From NCBI GenBank assembly GCA_038231275.1, contig JBBRLQ010000025.1, forward strand, positions 32,001 through 96,000: 64,000 nucleotides of DNA, given 5' to 3'. The position numbers and the translations under genes are program-made. Positions 16,704 to 26,051 of the stretch are shown piece by piece. Under the pieces are notes generated by a model. The model searched no databases and had not been told where the DNA came from. It worked only from the letters and a program-made list of their open reading frames with translations. Numbering within the stretch: position 1 is the stretch's first letter; each line of letters begins with the position of its first letter. The DNA is from Polyangiales bacterium (lineage in GTDB: Bacteria > Myxococcota_A > Polyangia > Polyangiales > Polyangiaceae).

Positions 16704-18161
16704 ATGAGCGAGGGCGAGGGTTGGCTGCTGGTCGGTCTCGAAGAGAAGGTTGCGCGACGTCAGGGGGTCCCCGCGAAGATCCCGGTCCCGAGCAAAGCCG
16801 AGTTCGAGGCGATGGCCGAAAAAGGCCTCCAGCCCGACCAACTCAAGAAGTGGGTCACCTCGTTCCTTCAGGTCGCCCCCGCCTCGTGGCGCACCGAGAA
16901 TCCGGACCTCGCCAAGTCGTACGATCGGTACCTGAGCAAGGTGGATTTGTGGACGAAAGCCCACAACGCGTTCGCAAAGGAAGACTTCAAGACCGCGATC
17001 TCGACGCTCAAGCTGATCATCAACCTCGATCCCGACGACCACGCCGCGAAGATGAACCTCGGCTCGACGCTCGCGTCGACGGGCGACCACGCCGGCGGGG
17101 TGAAGCTCCTCGAGGGCATTCGCCCGACGTTCGAGGGTGAGGCCGATTACCACTCGACGCTCGGGCAGCTCCACGCCGCGATGGGCAAGCGGGACGACGC
17201 CGTCGATGAGCTGGTCCTCGCGCTCGAGGCCAAGCCCGATCATCAAGCGTCGCTCGACATGCTGAAGCAGCTCGGCGTGCTCGTGGCCGTCTACGAGAAC
17301 CCGAAGGACGCGGCGTCACTGACGTACGTGCGCGCCGACTCGCTCGTCGACTACTTGCAGACCGTGTGGGACGCCGCGCCGCGCGACACCGCGTATTACC
17401 TCGAGCAAGCCGGCTATCACTCCACCGAGGGTCGCCACGCCGTCGCCCTCGCTGCCGCGGAGCGCGCCGCAGTCGCCAGCCAAAAACCGCACGAGCGCGC
17501 CGAGGCCGCGCGCGTCCAAGCGCTCCGCGCGCTCGGCAAGATCGACGAGGCGATCGCCGCCGCCAAGGCGTTCGCCGAGCACGATCCGCAGTCCTCGATC
17601 GCGCGCGTCGAGCTCGCGCAGGCGCATTCGGCGAAGGGGCAATTCGACGAGGCGAAAGCGGAGGTGCAAAAGGCCCTCGAGCTCGATCCCGGCAACCTCG
17701 TCGCCCTCGACCTTGCGTTCTGGCCGGTTGGCAAAGATCGCGACGACATCTCCAAGGTGCAAGAGTGCATCCCCGCCCTCTTCGCGTTCGCCGACAAGCA
17801 CGGCAGCTCCGCCGGCGCATGGCGCTCGCTCGCCCGCGCCAAGCTGCAGGTGAACTCGTACGACGAGGCGTTCGAGCTCTACAGGATGGCGATCACCCTC
17901 GCGCCCGAGGACGACGAGCTCCGCGCGGAGTACTGGACCGAACTCGGTCGACAGACCAAGTACGAAGAGATCATCAAGGACTCGCAGGCCATGAAGGACA
18001 TGGGCGCGCGTGACTGGAAGCTGCGCTGGAACGAAGCCGAGGCGTACGCGCGCACCGGCAAGAAGGTGGAGGCCCGCGCCTCGTTCACGCAAATCCAGGG
18101 CGACCCGTCGCTCCACGTCGACGTTCGCAAGCGCGCGAAGCGGGCCGCCGGCGCGGTGTAG
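16704..18161 (+). CDS. Tetratricopeptide-repeat protein, 485 aa
   Basis: TPR patterns (LDPDDHAAKMNLG, ALELDPGN, AITLAPED); start chosen at MSEGEG. Confidence 0.8.
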   Translation: MSEGEGWLLVGLEEKVARRQGVPAKIPVPSKAEFEAMAEKGLQPDQLKKWVTSFLQVAPASWRTENPDLAKSYDRYLSKVDLWTKAHNAFAKEDFKTAISTLKLIINLDPDDHAAKMNLGSTLASTGDHAGGVKLLEGIRPTFEGEADYHSTLGQLHAAMGKRDDAVDELVLALEAKPDHQASLDMLKQLGVLVAVYENPKDAASLTYVRADSLVDYLQTVWDAAPRDTAYYLEQAGYHSTEGRHAVALAAAERAAVASQKPHERAEAARVQALRALGKIDEAIAAAKAFAEHDPQSSIARVELAQAHSAKGQFDEAKAEVQKALELDPGNLVALDLAFWPVGKDRDDISKVQECIPALFAFADKHGSSAGAWRSLARAKLQVNSYDEAFELYRMAITLAPEDDELRAEYWTELGRQTKYEEIIKDSQAMKDMGARDWKLRWNEAEAYARTGKKVEARASFTQIQGDPSLHVDVRKRAKRAAGAV

Positions 18162-18250
18162 TAGCGGCTCGGAGTCAGCATCAAGACGGACCGTCGCGCT
18201 CGAGGCTCGCGGCAACGGTCAGAGGCCGGCTGCGCCTCTTGGAAAGCCGA

Positions 18251-18514
18251 TCATGACGAACCGTATTCTCGCGCCTCGTACAGGCGTTGGAGACCGAAGC
18301 GGTCGAATGCCTCCCGCGCCGAGATGTCGCTGGCCGAGCTCGCCGGATCCGCCCAGAGGCGCTTGCCGTCCGTGAAGTAACGCAGCGTCGATCGCCCCGC
18401 GATCGACTGGATCTCCGGCGCAGGCACCTCGACCTGCATGTCCGCGTTCGACAACGCTTCGGGCAGCGCGGCCGAGCCGAACGCATGGATGATCATCCAG
18501 AGGGGAGAACTCAT
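18251..18514 (-). CDS. Putative immunity protein of the upstream PAAR effector, 87 aa
   Basis: Small ORF starting 10 nt after the effector stop on the same strand; no family recognised. Confidence 0.5.
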   Translation of the reverse strand: MSSPLWMIIHAFGSAALPEALSNADMQVEVPAPEIQSIAGRSTLRYFTDGKRLWADPASSASDISAREAFDRFGLQRLYEAREYGSS

Positions 18515-18523
18515 GACGTGGGG

Positions 18524-20962
18524 TCACCTGCCATTGTAGGGCATGACGGGCCGTACTTTGATCCCCGCGGCCTCGAAGACTTCGATCGTTGCAGCCCACT
18601 CTTCGGGGCTTCGAGGCCCATAGCGACCAGAACCTCCGTTGATGATCGCTTCGGGTTGTGCGCCAGGTTCGTGGACAAATCGCATTTCCCCGGCGGAAAA
18701 CGCGCCCTGGTCCGGGGGACTCAGGTTGCTGTGGACGACGTTCCCGCGCGGGGTGGTAAACGGAATCCCTTCGCGAGCGATGTTCAGGCCGCCTTGGTCC
18801 ACCGTGTAGAGGTAGACGCCGTTGGGGTCTGCCCGGTTTGTGACCGTGAGATCGCCCTCCGGAACCGGGGACCTCACCACGTCGTCGGGGACGGGGCTGT
18901 CAGGACTGACGCGGAACGCTTGCGACAGCTCCTTGTTCGTGCCCTGTTCGACGAGCGCATCGAGCTCGCCGGGCGGCATGTCGGGATTCGCCTTCGTGAG
19001 GTTCGCCCGCAGCCGCGCGGCCACCGCAGCGCGCCCCTCGGCGGAGAAGAGGGCGACGTCTTCGTTCGGAAGGATCTCGCGGTTCGGCGCGCGCGGCGCG
19101 CCGCCAACGGCCTCTTGCAGCGCGTTCATGCGCGCGGCCAGCTTCGTCGGGGCGGGCGGCGTTGCCTCGGCGGCCGTAATCTCGCTGGCCTTCGGCGCCG
19201 TGGCGGCGCCCTCGCACGTCGCGCAGGCGTTTTCTTTCGCGCCTCCGCCACCGCCAAGAGCGTCCTCTAGCCCCTTCGGCACTTCGGGGAGCTTCGGTCC
19301 GATCTCGCCCTTCCAACCCGGCGGCCGATAAATCTCGTGAACGTACCCCTTGCCGTACACCTCACCGATCGCAAATTCGTCGATCGGAATCCCCTCGGGA
19401 GCCGCATCGTGAGGGAAGCGGATGACGCCCTTCTGCCCGTTGAGGCCGACTCCAGGCTCGCCCCCCAGCTCGATGAGTCGCGCCTTGGGGATCGCGAGGA
19501 CGATGCCGTCACGGTAGAACGGCGTTCCCTCGGCGAACCAGATGTTGTCCGCGTTGACACCTTGCTTGCCGAACGCGCGGCCGGACTTGAGACCCCCCTC
19601 GAGCACACCCGGCAGCGCTTCGTCCGGAATGACCGAATAGGCCATCTCCGGGTTGACCGCCGTCGGATGCCCGTCGGCGTACAGCTGCTCGAACACTGCG
19701 TCCTGATCCGAAGCGCGTCGCACGTTGTTGGCGTTCGCGAGCATCTCTTCGGCGCTTGGCCGCGGAGTAGGCGCCACTTCTCCGGCGACGGGCTCGGGTG
19801 AACCGCCCTCGAGAAGCTTGGGGCCGGTTCCGCCCTCCAGAAGCTTGGGGCCGGTTCCGCCTTCGAGAAGCTTGGGTCCCGTTCCGCCCTCGAGAAGCTT
19901 GGGGCCGGTTCCGCCCTCGAGAAGCCGGGGTCCGCCTGTGCCGACCGGCTCGGTCCCCTTCATGACCCAGACGCCTTCCGAGTTCTGGACCATCTCGATC
20001 GGCTCGTTCACCCGCGCCGCGGGTCCTTCGAGCATCGGCCGTGCTTCGGGCGAGAGCACTTCGACGCCGGGCTTGCCGCCGCCGGTGAACCCTTCGAGAA
20101 GCTTGCCGCCCCCCTCCATGAGCTTGCCGCCTGCCGCACCCGCGACGAGACCGCCGCTCGTATGGAAGAACTGCTCGAAGCGATGGTCGCTGTAGCCCGC
20201 GGCGCTGTCGATCGCGGCGCCGCCTACCCCGCCGAGGTACGAGCCGCCCTTGAAAATTCCGAACCCCGCGCCGAGCTGGAGTGCCCCCTTGAAGAACGCG
20301 CCGAGACCCGTGCCGATGCTGCCCGCCGTCATCCCCGCGGCGACGCCGCCCACGACCACGGTGAGCGCCGCGGCGCCGAGGCCGATCATTCCGAAGATCA
20401 TTCCGACGTCGTGCAGCGCGGTGCCGATGTTGTGGAGCTTGGACGCGAACGTCTCCTCGTAAGGAACGTCGCTCGCGACCTTGGGGCCGTTCAAATACGT
20501 GTACTGCGTCTGCGGCAGGCACTGGCCGGTGCACGTGACCGTGTCCGTGTGACGCGCCGCCGGGAGCTGCCCGATGCCGATGAACTTCGCGCCCTCTTTG
20601 ATCTGGCTGCTGGAGCTGCATCCGGCCGGATCGGTCATTCGCGCGGCCATCTTGTTTTCGATGAAGACGGTCTCCAAACCCTTCTTGATCGCGCCGCAGA
20701 CCGAGCCGCTGACGTGATCTTCGTCGAAGTGCTCGCCGAGTCGCTCGCCGGCCCAGCCGCCCAAATAGAATGCGGACACCGCTCCAGCGCCTACGGCGAC
20801 GGCCGCGAGAATGGTGAGGCTCACCGGCGCGGTGATGATGATGACCGCCGCGATGATGGCCCCGAGGATGAGCCCGCCGACGAGACCCCAGAACGCGCCC
20901 CAGCCGGACGAGTGGCTCCCGACGTTGTCCCCCATGCGCGCGGCGAAGAGGACGTCGCTCAC
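18524..20962 (-). CDS. prePAAR-TMD1-PAAR-TMD2 T6SS effector (Tse6/Tre1-like architecture) with putative C-terminal toxin domain(s), 812 aa
   Basis: GTG start with AGAGGAG RBS; prePAAR AARMGDNVGSH; two hydrophobic regions flanking a PAAR domain (VFIENKMAARMTD...QLPAARHTDTVTC); Eag gene upstream. Confidence 0.88.
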   Translation of the reverse strand: MSDVLFAARMGDNVGSHSSGWGAFWGLVGGLILGAIIAAVIIITAPVSLTILAAVAVGAGAVSAFYLGGWAGERLGEHFDEDHVSGSVCGAIKKGLETVFIENKMAARMTDPAGCSSSSQIKEGAKFIGIGQLPAARHTDTVTCTGQCLPQTQYTYLNGPKVASDVPYEETFASKLHNIGTALHDVGMIFGMIGLGAAALTVVVGGVAAGMTAGSIGTGLGAFFKGALQLGAGFGIFKGGSYLGGVGGAAIDSAAGYSDHRFEQFFHTSGGLVAGAAGGKLMEGGGKLLEGFTGGGKPGVEVLSPEARPMLEGPAARVNEPIEMVQNSEGVWVMKGTEPVGTGGPRLLEGGTGPKLLEGGTGPKLLEGGTGPKLLEGGTGPKLLEGGSPEPVAGEVAPTPRPSAEEMLANANNVRRASDQDAVFEQLYADGHPTAVNPEMAYSVIPDEALPGVLEGGLKSGRAFGKQGVNADNIWFAEGTPFYRDGIVLAIPKARLIELGGEPGVGLNGQKGVIRFPHDAAPEGIPIDEFAIGEVYGKGYVHEIYRPPGWKGEIGPKLPEVPKGLEDALGGGGGAKENACATCEGAATAPKASEITAAEATPPAPTKLAARMNALQEAVGGAPRAPNREILPNEDVALFSAEGRAAVAARLRANLTKANPDMPPGELDALVEQGTNKELSQAFRVSPDSPVPDDVVRSPVPEGDLTVTNRADPNGVYLYTVDQGGLNIAREGIPFTTPRGNVVHSNLSPPDQGAFSAGEMRFVHEPGAQPEAIINGGSGRYGPRSPEEWAATIEVFEAAGIKVRPVMPYNGR
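19803..19937. repeat. 27-bp coding tandem repeat (4 near-perfect units plus 1 degenerate) encoding GTGPKLLEG
   Basis: Unit CCGCCCTCGAGAAGCTTGGGGCCGGTT begins at 19803, 19830, 19857, 19884 and 19911. Confidence 0.95.
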
Positions 20963-21031
20963 GTGGAGCTCCTCTCGCCGAGGACGACGACGCACGCATG
21001 GAGGTGGGAGGGGGCTTGGGTCATTCGTTCT

Positions 21032-21589
21032 TCAGCGGCGACCGCCGCGGTAGCCGGGCATGGGGACGAGGGGCGGCGCGGACGGGTCTTGTGGGGTCTG
21101 ACTGGGTCGCGCGACGCTGGGCGGCGGACCGCCCGACGGCACGGGCGGCGGCGTGTCGAAGCGGACCGTCTTCAGGATCTCGTCGAAGAGCGGCCGCGAC
21201 GAGGCACCGTCCTTCGCGGGCGCCGTGGTCGTGAACGACGTCGCGACGCGGCCGGTCTCGATCGTGCGCTCCACGAACGTCACGGTTTGCTCGAGCTGCC
21301 CCGTGTGACCAATCCAAGTGTACCGGAGAAAAATTGCCGGCTGCCCGCCGAGCTGGGTCTCTTTGCTCTCGAGGAGATCGAAATCCTTCAGGTGCCGTCC
21401 GAGCTGGAGGAGCTGGCGGTCGGCGTGGCTCCGCAACGAATCGGCTTCCCGAATCGCCTCGCGCGTCATCACGAAGTTCGGCGCCGCGTCGCTAGAGGGT
21501 CCGACAGGAGCGGTGTAGGCCACGATGGTTCGGTCGACCCAGTTCGCAGGTGTTTCGAAGAAGGCATCTCGATCTTGGTGACGCGGCAT
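21032..21589 (-). CDS. Eag-family (DUF1795/DcrB) effector chaperone, 185 aa
   Basis: PANWVDRT, PNFVMTRE, DRQLLQL, LGGQPA...YTW...LEQ; immediately upstream of a prePAAR-TMD effector. Confidence 0.88.
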   Translation of the reverse strand: MPRHQDRDAFFETPANWVDRTIVAYTAPVGPSSDAAPNFVMTREAIREADSLRSHADRQLLQLGRHLKDFDLLESKETQLGGQPAIFLRYTWIGHTGQLEQTVTFVERTIETGRVATSFTTTAPAKDGASSRPLFDEILKTVRFDTPPPVPSGGPPPSVARPSQTPQDPSAPPLVPMPGYRGGRR

Positions 21590-21789
21590 GAAGTGGTCGT
21601 CCTCCTCGGGTTTCCTTGATCCCCCATGGTAGCGAGGGAGGGCAGATCTAGGGACGACGAAAAATCTGCCCGACCTCTAATGGATACGCCGGCCGAGGTG
21701 CGCCGCTCCCCTCCCCGTTCGAGGCGGGCGCGGGTCGACGCGGGCGCGTTCCGTTAAGAGAAGTAATTTTGAGTAGATAGCCGACGATT

Positions 21790-23010
21790 TCAGCGGCCGT
21801 GGATCGTAAAATACGAGAGCGGGCGCGTGTCGTTCGCGGCGTAGGTCACGAAGAGCTCACGCTTGTCGAACGGATAGACGGCGGTGGCGAGCGGTGCGTC
21901 GAAGAGGTCGACGTAGTGCGGCACACCGAGCCCGTACCAACGCGATAGGTCGTAGTGGCTCAGTTGGAACCTCGGAACGAGGATGACGCGCGGCATCAGG
22001 TGGTTCGCGCCGAGCACGGGTTCCCGGAGCTCCACCCACGAGAAGGGCCCCTCGTCGAGGAGCGCCGCGCGCACCGAGAGGAACGGATTTTCGACGACAA
22101 GCGGGCGCGGCGCGAGCTCCACCTCGAACGTCCGGCCGATGCTCTCGACGTCGATTACCGGGAGCCCGCGAATGCGCTCCAGCACGTCGAGAATGTCGGG
22201 GGTCAGCGTCCCCGGAACGAGCGTCTGCGGAGGGACGAACGCCTTCGCGAGGTTGTCGGCGAGGAGCGGCCCCTCCGCGTCGCGAAAATTGCGCGCGAGC
22301 GGGCCGTCGGGCGAGAGGCCGATGGCGTCGATCGCGAGCGGGAGCGGTTCGCCGTTGCGCCGGAAGATGTCGAACGCCTCGACCTGCATCCCACGAAGCC
22401 CGGGGCCGCCGATGTCAGGGCCGCCCGCGAAGAGGATCTCGTCACGGACGATGGCCTGCTCGAGCGCGGCGTGTCCCCAGCGGCGCATCAGGAATACTGC
22501 GTTGTCGTGCAAGAAGGCGGGCGAAGCCGGATCGAGCGCAGGCAGCGGGTCGGCGACCACGTTCGCGTACGCGATGGAGTGGACGAGGCGCCCCGTGAAG
22601 GCTCCGCGCGATCGCGCATCCAGTGAGATCGTGTGCGGCCCTTTGCGGCACCCGGCGCCGAAGCCGGACGCGGCGAGCTCCACGACCCAACCGGCGCGCA
22701 GGGCCTGATCGAGCAGCCGAACGAACGTCCCCGATCGCCGCGCGAGGCCGAGCGCGAGACCGACGTCCGGCGGTCCCGACGGCGCGGCGACGGGCGGGTC
22801 GGCGAGATCCCAGCGGATCGGCCTATAATTTTCGGCAGATCGTGCCTCGGCCGGCCTTCCCTGGGAGTCGATACGGCCGCCCGTGGCGCTGAAGTACTCG
22901 GCGCTGGGGCCGCGTGGGTTGCTGGGCTCGCCTTGTCCGCGTTTCAGCTTCAGCCGGGGGCGGCCTTCGGAATCCGCGATGAGGCGCGGCGGCGTGCGGG
23001 GCGACCCCAT
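21790..23010 (-). CDS. Hypothetical protein, possibly a degenerate zincin fold, 406 aa
   Basis: Protein-like composition; ISLD...RLVHSIAYA and RDEILFAGGPDIG segments; start uncertain. Confidence 0.55.
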   Translation of the reverse strand: MGSPRTPPRLIADSEGRPRLKLKRGQGEPSNPRGPSAEYFSATGGRIDSQGRPAEARSAENYRPIRWDLADPPVAAPSGPPDVGLALGLARRSGTFVRLLDQALRAGWVVELAASGFGAGCRKGPHTISLDARSRGAFTGRLVHSIAYANVVADPLPALDPASPAFLHDNAVFLMRRWGHAALEQAIVRDEILFAGGPDIGGPGLRGMQVEAFDIFRRNGEPLPLAIDAIGLSPDGPLARNFRDAEGPLLADNLAKAFVPPQTLVPGTLTPDILDVLERIRGLPVIDVESIGRTFEVELAPRPLVVENPFLSVRAALLDEGPFSWVELREPVLGANHLMPRVILVPRFQLSHYDLSRWYGLGVPHYVDLFDAPLATAVYPFDKRELFVTYAANDTRPLSYFTIHGR

Positions 23011-23062
23011 GCGCCGGAGGATAACAGCTGCAGACTCCGAGGGGGGAGGTTACCCTGGCCGC

Positions 23063-23656
23063 GTGAGCGCCGCCGATGACGAGGTCGACACGTCGCAGCA
23101 AGCCGGCGTCGGGCCGCTCAACTACGACGAGCTCCCCGGCCTGGAAGACATCCTGCTCGAGGACAGCCTCGTCCGCGAGATCGTCGAGTCGCCGAGCTCG
23201 CTCCGCTTCGTCCTCGCCGCCGCGCTGAAGCGGGCCCATCCCTTCTACCAGCGCCCGCGCGCCGGCGATCGTCACTGCTACCGCCCCGCGACGCTGACGT
23301 TCCACGGCGCACAAATCGTGTGGTCGAAGAAGACGACGCTCCGCTTCACCGACGCGGCCGCAGCCGTCGATCTCGGCAACATCGACACATTCGTCGCCCC
23401 ACCCGAAGGCGGCTACCACCTCGAAGGGGATTTTGGCGTCGTCGACGTGCGCCGCTCGCGCGCGCCGGTCTTCACGGTCCTCGGCGCGGCACCGGAGGAG
23501 CGCGCATACTTGCGCGAGGCGATCTCGGCGTGGGTCGCCCACCGTCCCCCGACGCTCGAGCGCCCCGCCGGGATGGCCGGTGCCGACGAGGGGCGCGACG
23601 GAGTGGAGCACGGCCACCTCCACCCCCACGGCCACCATCACCACCATCGGCACTGA
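23063..23656 (+). CDS. Hypothetical protein with a His-rich C-terminus (orphan immunity-like), 197 aa
   Basis: GTG start after GGAGG; core LPGLEDILLEDS...HPFY...CY...DLGNID...YHLEGDFG; tail HGHLHPHGHHHHHRH. Confidence 0.65.
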   Translation: MSAADDEVDTSQQAGVGPLNYDELPGLEDILLEDSLVREIVESPSSLRFVLAAALKRAHPFYQRPRAGDRHCYRPATLTFHGAQIVWSKKTTLRFTDAAAAVDLGNIDTFVAPPEGGYHLEGDFGVVDVRRSRAPVFTVLGAAPEERAYLREAISAWVAHRPPTLERPAGMAGADEGRDGVEHGHLHPHGHHHHHRH

Positions 23657-23665
23657 GCCCGAGCG

Positions 23666-24094
23666 ATGACGCGGCACGTCTTCGACGACACGACGCTGGA
23701 GTGCGGCGACGACTTCGTCCTCACGACGATCGTCGCGCAACGCGCGAAAAAGGGCGATTTCGCCCCAAATTTGGTGCTGACACGAGGCCCCCTTCGCGAC
23801 GAGGAGACCCTCGAGACCTACGTCGCCCGCCAGCTCGTGGAGCTGGCCAAGAGCCTGAAGAGCTTCAAGCTGCACGGGCGCACCGAAGTAGAGCTCGCGG
23901 GCCGACCGGCCCGTCGCATCGCGTGCGGATGGCAAGGCACGCAGGGTCACGTCGAGCAACGCATGACGATGGTCGCGATCGACGGGCGCGTCCTCACGTT
24001 CACCGTCACCGTGCCAAAGGCCAAGGCCGACGAGCTCTTTCCGCTGTTCGACGGCATCCTCGCGACCGTCGCCATCGGCGCGATCGCCGGCTGA
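23666..24094 (+). CDS. Second DUF1795/DcrB (Eag-like) protein, 142 aa
   Basis: PNLVLTRGPL...LETYVARQLVEL...LAGRPA...W...VEQ aligns by eye with the 21032..21589 product. Confidence 0.82.
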   Translation: MTRHVFDDTTLECGDDFVLTTIVAQRAKKGDFAPNLVLTRGPLRDEETLETYVARQLVELAKSLKSFKLHGRTEVELAGRPARRIACGWQGTQGHVEQRMTMVAIDGRVLTFTVTVPKAKADELFPLFDGILATVAIGAIAG

Positions 24095-24186
24095 CGCCCA
24101 AGCAAGGGGCATTCCGGAGCACATCGCTCACCATGGGTGCTTCCGAGGGGGGCGTCGCGCCTGGTTGGGAGTATCATTAAGGAAGA

Positions 24187-26022
24187 ATGGCGCGCTCGCT
24201 CTCCATCGCTCCCTGCGAGTCGTTCAGCCCTGCCCTATTGCGCTCCGAGCCGGCCGCGCTCGCGTCGTGGATCCGCTACCGCCTCGCGAAGTGGCTGCTG
24301 AACGCCCCCGTGCGCAAGTCCGGGTGGACCTACCCGAGCACGTCGCACTACGCGTCCGGCAACATCCTGGTCGGCCGCGATCAGGCGACGTTCGCGCTCG
24401 AGCGCGAGGACCAGAAGGTCGAGATCGTCTACCACTTCGCCGGCGCCGGCTTCATGATCGGCTCGCGAATTCCGTTCACGATGATGCAGACGATGCCGAG
24501 CCCCAAGGGCTCGAACGATCTCTTCATCCTGGGCGAAGTGACCGGTGACGGCGATCAGGAGAACCTCGATCGGCTCGGCATCACGAACAAGAACTGCATG
24601 CTGATCGATCTGCGCACGCTCCTCGACGCCGAGGTGACGCATCGCGGTCACGGCATCGCGGGCTCGGCGCTCCTCCTCGGCGTGTCGCCGTCGCTCCAGG
24701 CGGATTTCTCACGCCTCGCCGCGTACTCGCGCCGCCTCTCGAACCTCGCGAACCAGCCCATTTCGCGCCAGACCGTCTACACCCCGGGCCTGCGCTCGGA
24801 GTGGAATCCGACGAACGTGATGGGCATGGGCGGCGTCGACCCGCGCGCCATCTACGAGGACGTCGAGATCATCTTCAGCCACCACGACTTCCGCGCGGTC
24901 CTCTTCTTCGGCGGCCTCCAGGGCACGGCGAACACCGGCTCCGTCGCGTTCATGGGCCAGATCACCAACGCCGCGAACGACGACAAGGGCGCGCTCCCGA
25001 AGGCCGTCAGCACCATCGGCAAGGCGCTGCTCGCCAACCTCAACCAGGGCAGCAAGGGCCTCCAAGCCGGCCTCATCGATCAGGCGAAGGGCATGGTCGC
25101 CAAAGCCATCCCCGACGCGAACGTGCGAAAGGCCGTCAGCTTCGGCCTCGGCGAGATCGGCAAGAGCAAAAAGGAGATCGAAGCGGACCTCATCGGGAAG
25201 GGTAAGGGGTTCATCGACTCCAAGCTCCCCGACGGCTTCGGCAAGAAGGCGTTCGACTTCGCCGTCGATCACATCGGCAAGAGCAAAAAGGAGATCGAGA
25301 AAGATCTCTTCCACGACGTCGTCGGCGGCTTCAAAGGCAAGATCGACGGCAAGCTCCCCGATGGGTTCATGAAGAAGGTGGTCGATTTCGGTATCGACCA
25401 CGCCGGCGAGAACCTGAAAGAGCTGAAGGCCTCGGCCGTCGGCGTTCTCAAGGACAAGGCGTCGGAGCTCGGCAAGGCGTACTGGGACGCCCACCAAGAC
25501 CAGCTCCTGCAGTACAAATTCCCGGCCCTCGCGACTGCCGCGATCGCGATCGCGTCGAACAAGAACGCGCGAACGTTGGCCGGTCAGTTCCCGTCCGTCG
25601 AGCGCGCGATCTTCAGCGAGCTCGGCGACAAGCTCAACCTGCCGCCGGTCGCCAGCACGTTCCTCAAGGACAACGCGGCCGCGATCGTCTCGGGCGACTG
25701 GAAGGGCGTCGCGCAGGTCGCGATCAGCAACGAGCTCGGCGGGGGCGGCTTCGGCAACCAGGCGGCGGCCGTCGCCCTCGAAAAATTGACCGGCCAGCCA
25801 GTGACGTCGACGGCGCTGAAGTTGCTCGGCGGGCAAGGGCTCAAGACACTCTTCGACGGCGGCGCGCCCGTGGTCGCGTCGGGCAAGGCGGGCGACGCCG
25901 CGGTAACCGGAGTGTCCGCGACCCACGTCAACGTGAAAGGGCCGACCGGTCTCGCCAAAGTGCTGTCCCACGGGGACTTCTTCGGGGCGTACGATATGGT
26001 TGCATCGCCTGGCGTCCAGTGA
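24187..26022 (+). CDS. Hypothetical protein with internal 39-43 aa repeats; candidate T6SS cargo, 611 aa
   Basis: AAGGA RBS and strong GC3 codon bias; repeated IGKSKKEIE...KLPDGF.KK..DF..DH. Confidence 0.75.
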   Translation: MARSLSIAPCESFSPALLRSEPAALASWIRYRLAKWLLNAPVRKSGWTYPSTSHYASGNILVGRDQATFALEREDQKVEIVYHFAGAGFMIGSRIPFTMMQTMPSPKGSNDLFILGEVTGDGDQENLDRLGITNKNCMLIDLRTLLDAEVTHRGHGIAGSALLLGVSPSLQADFSRLAAYSRRLSNLANQPISRQTVYTPGLRSEWNPTNVMGMGGVDPRAIYEDVEIIFSHHDFRAVLFFGGLQGTANTGSVAFMGQITNAANDDKGALPKAVSTIGKALLANLNQGSKGLQAGLIDQAKGMVAKAIPDANVRKAVSFGLGEIGKSKKEIEADLIGKGKGFIDSKLPDGFGKKAFDFAVDHIGKSKKEIEKDLFHDVVGGFKGKIDGKLPDGFMKKVVDFGIDHAGENLKELKASAVGVLKDKASELGKAYWDAHQDQLLQYKFPALATAAIAIASNKNARTLAGQFPSVERAIFSELGDKLNLPPVASTFLKDNAAAIVSGDWKGVAQVAISNELGGGGFGNQAAAVALEKLTGQPVTSTALKLLGGQGLKTLFDGGAPVVASGKAGDAAVTGVSATHVNVKGPTGLAKVLSHGDFFGAYDMVASPGVQ

Positions 26023-26051
26023 GGCCCGGCATGCCCGGCCTGCAATCCACG

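Noticed and set aside
19803..19937. Regular repeats as a possible CRISPR array
   Set aside because: Head-to-tail units without spacers, in-frame coding, and no cas genes.
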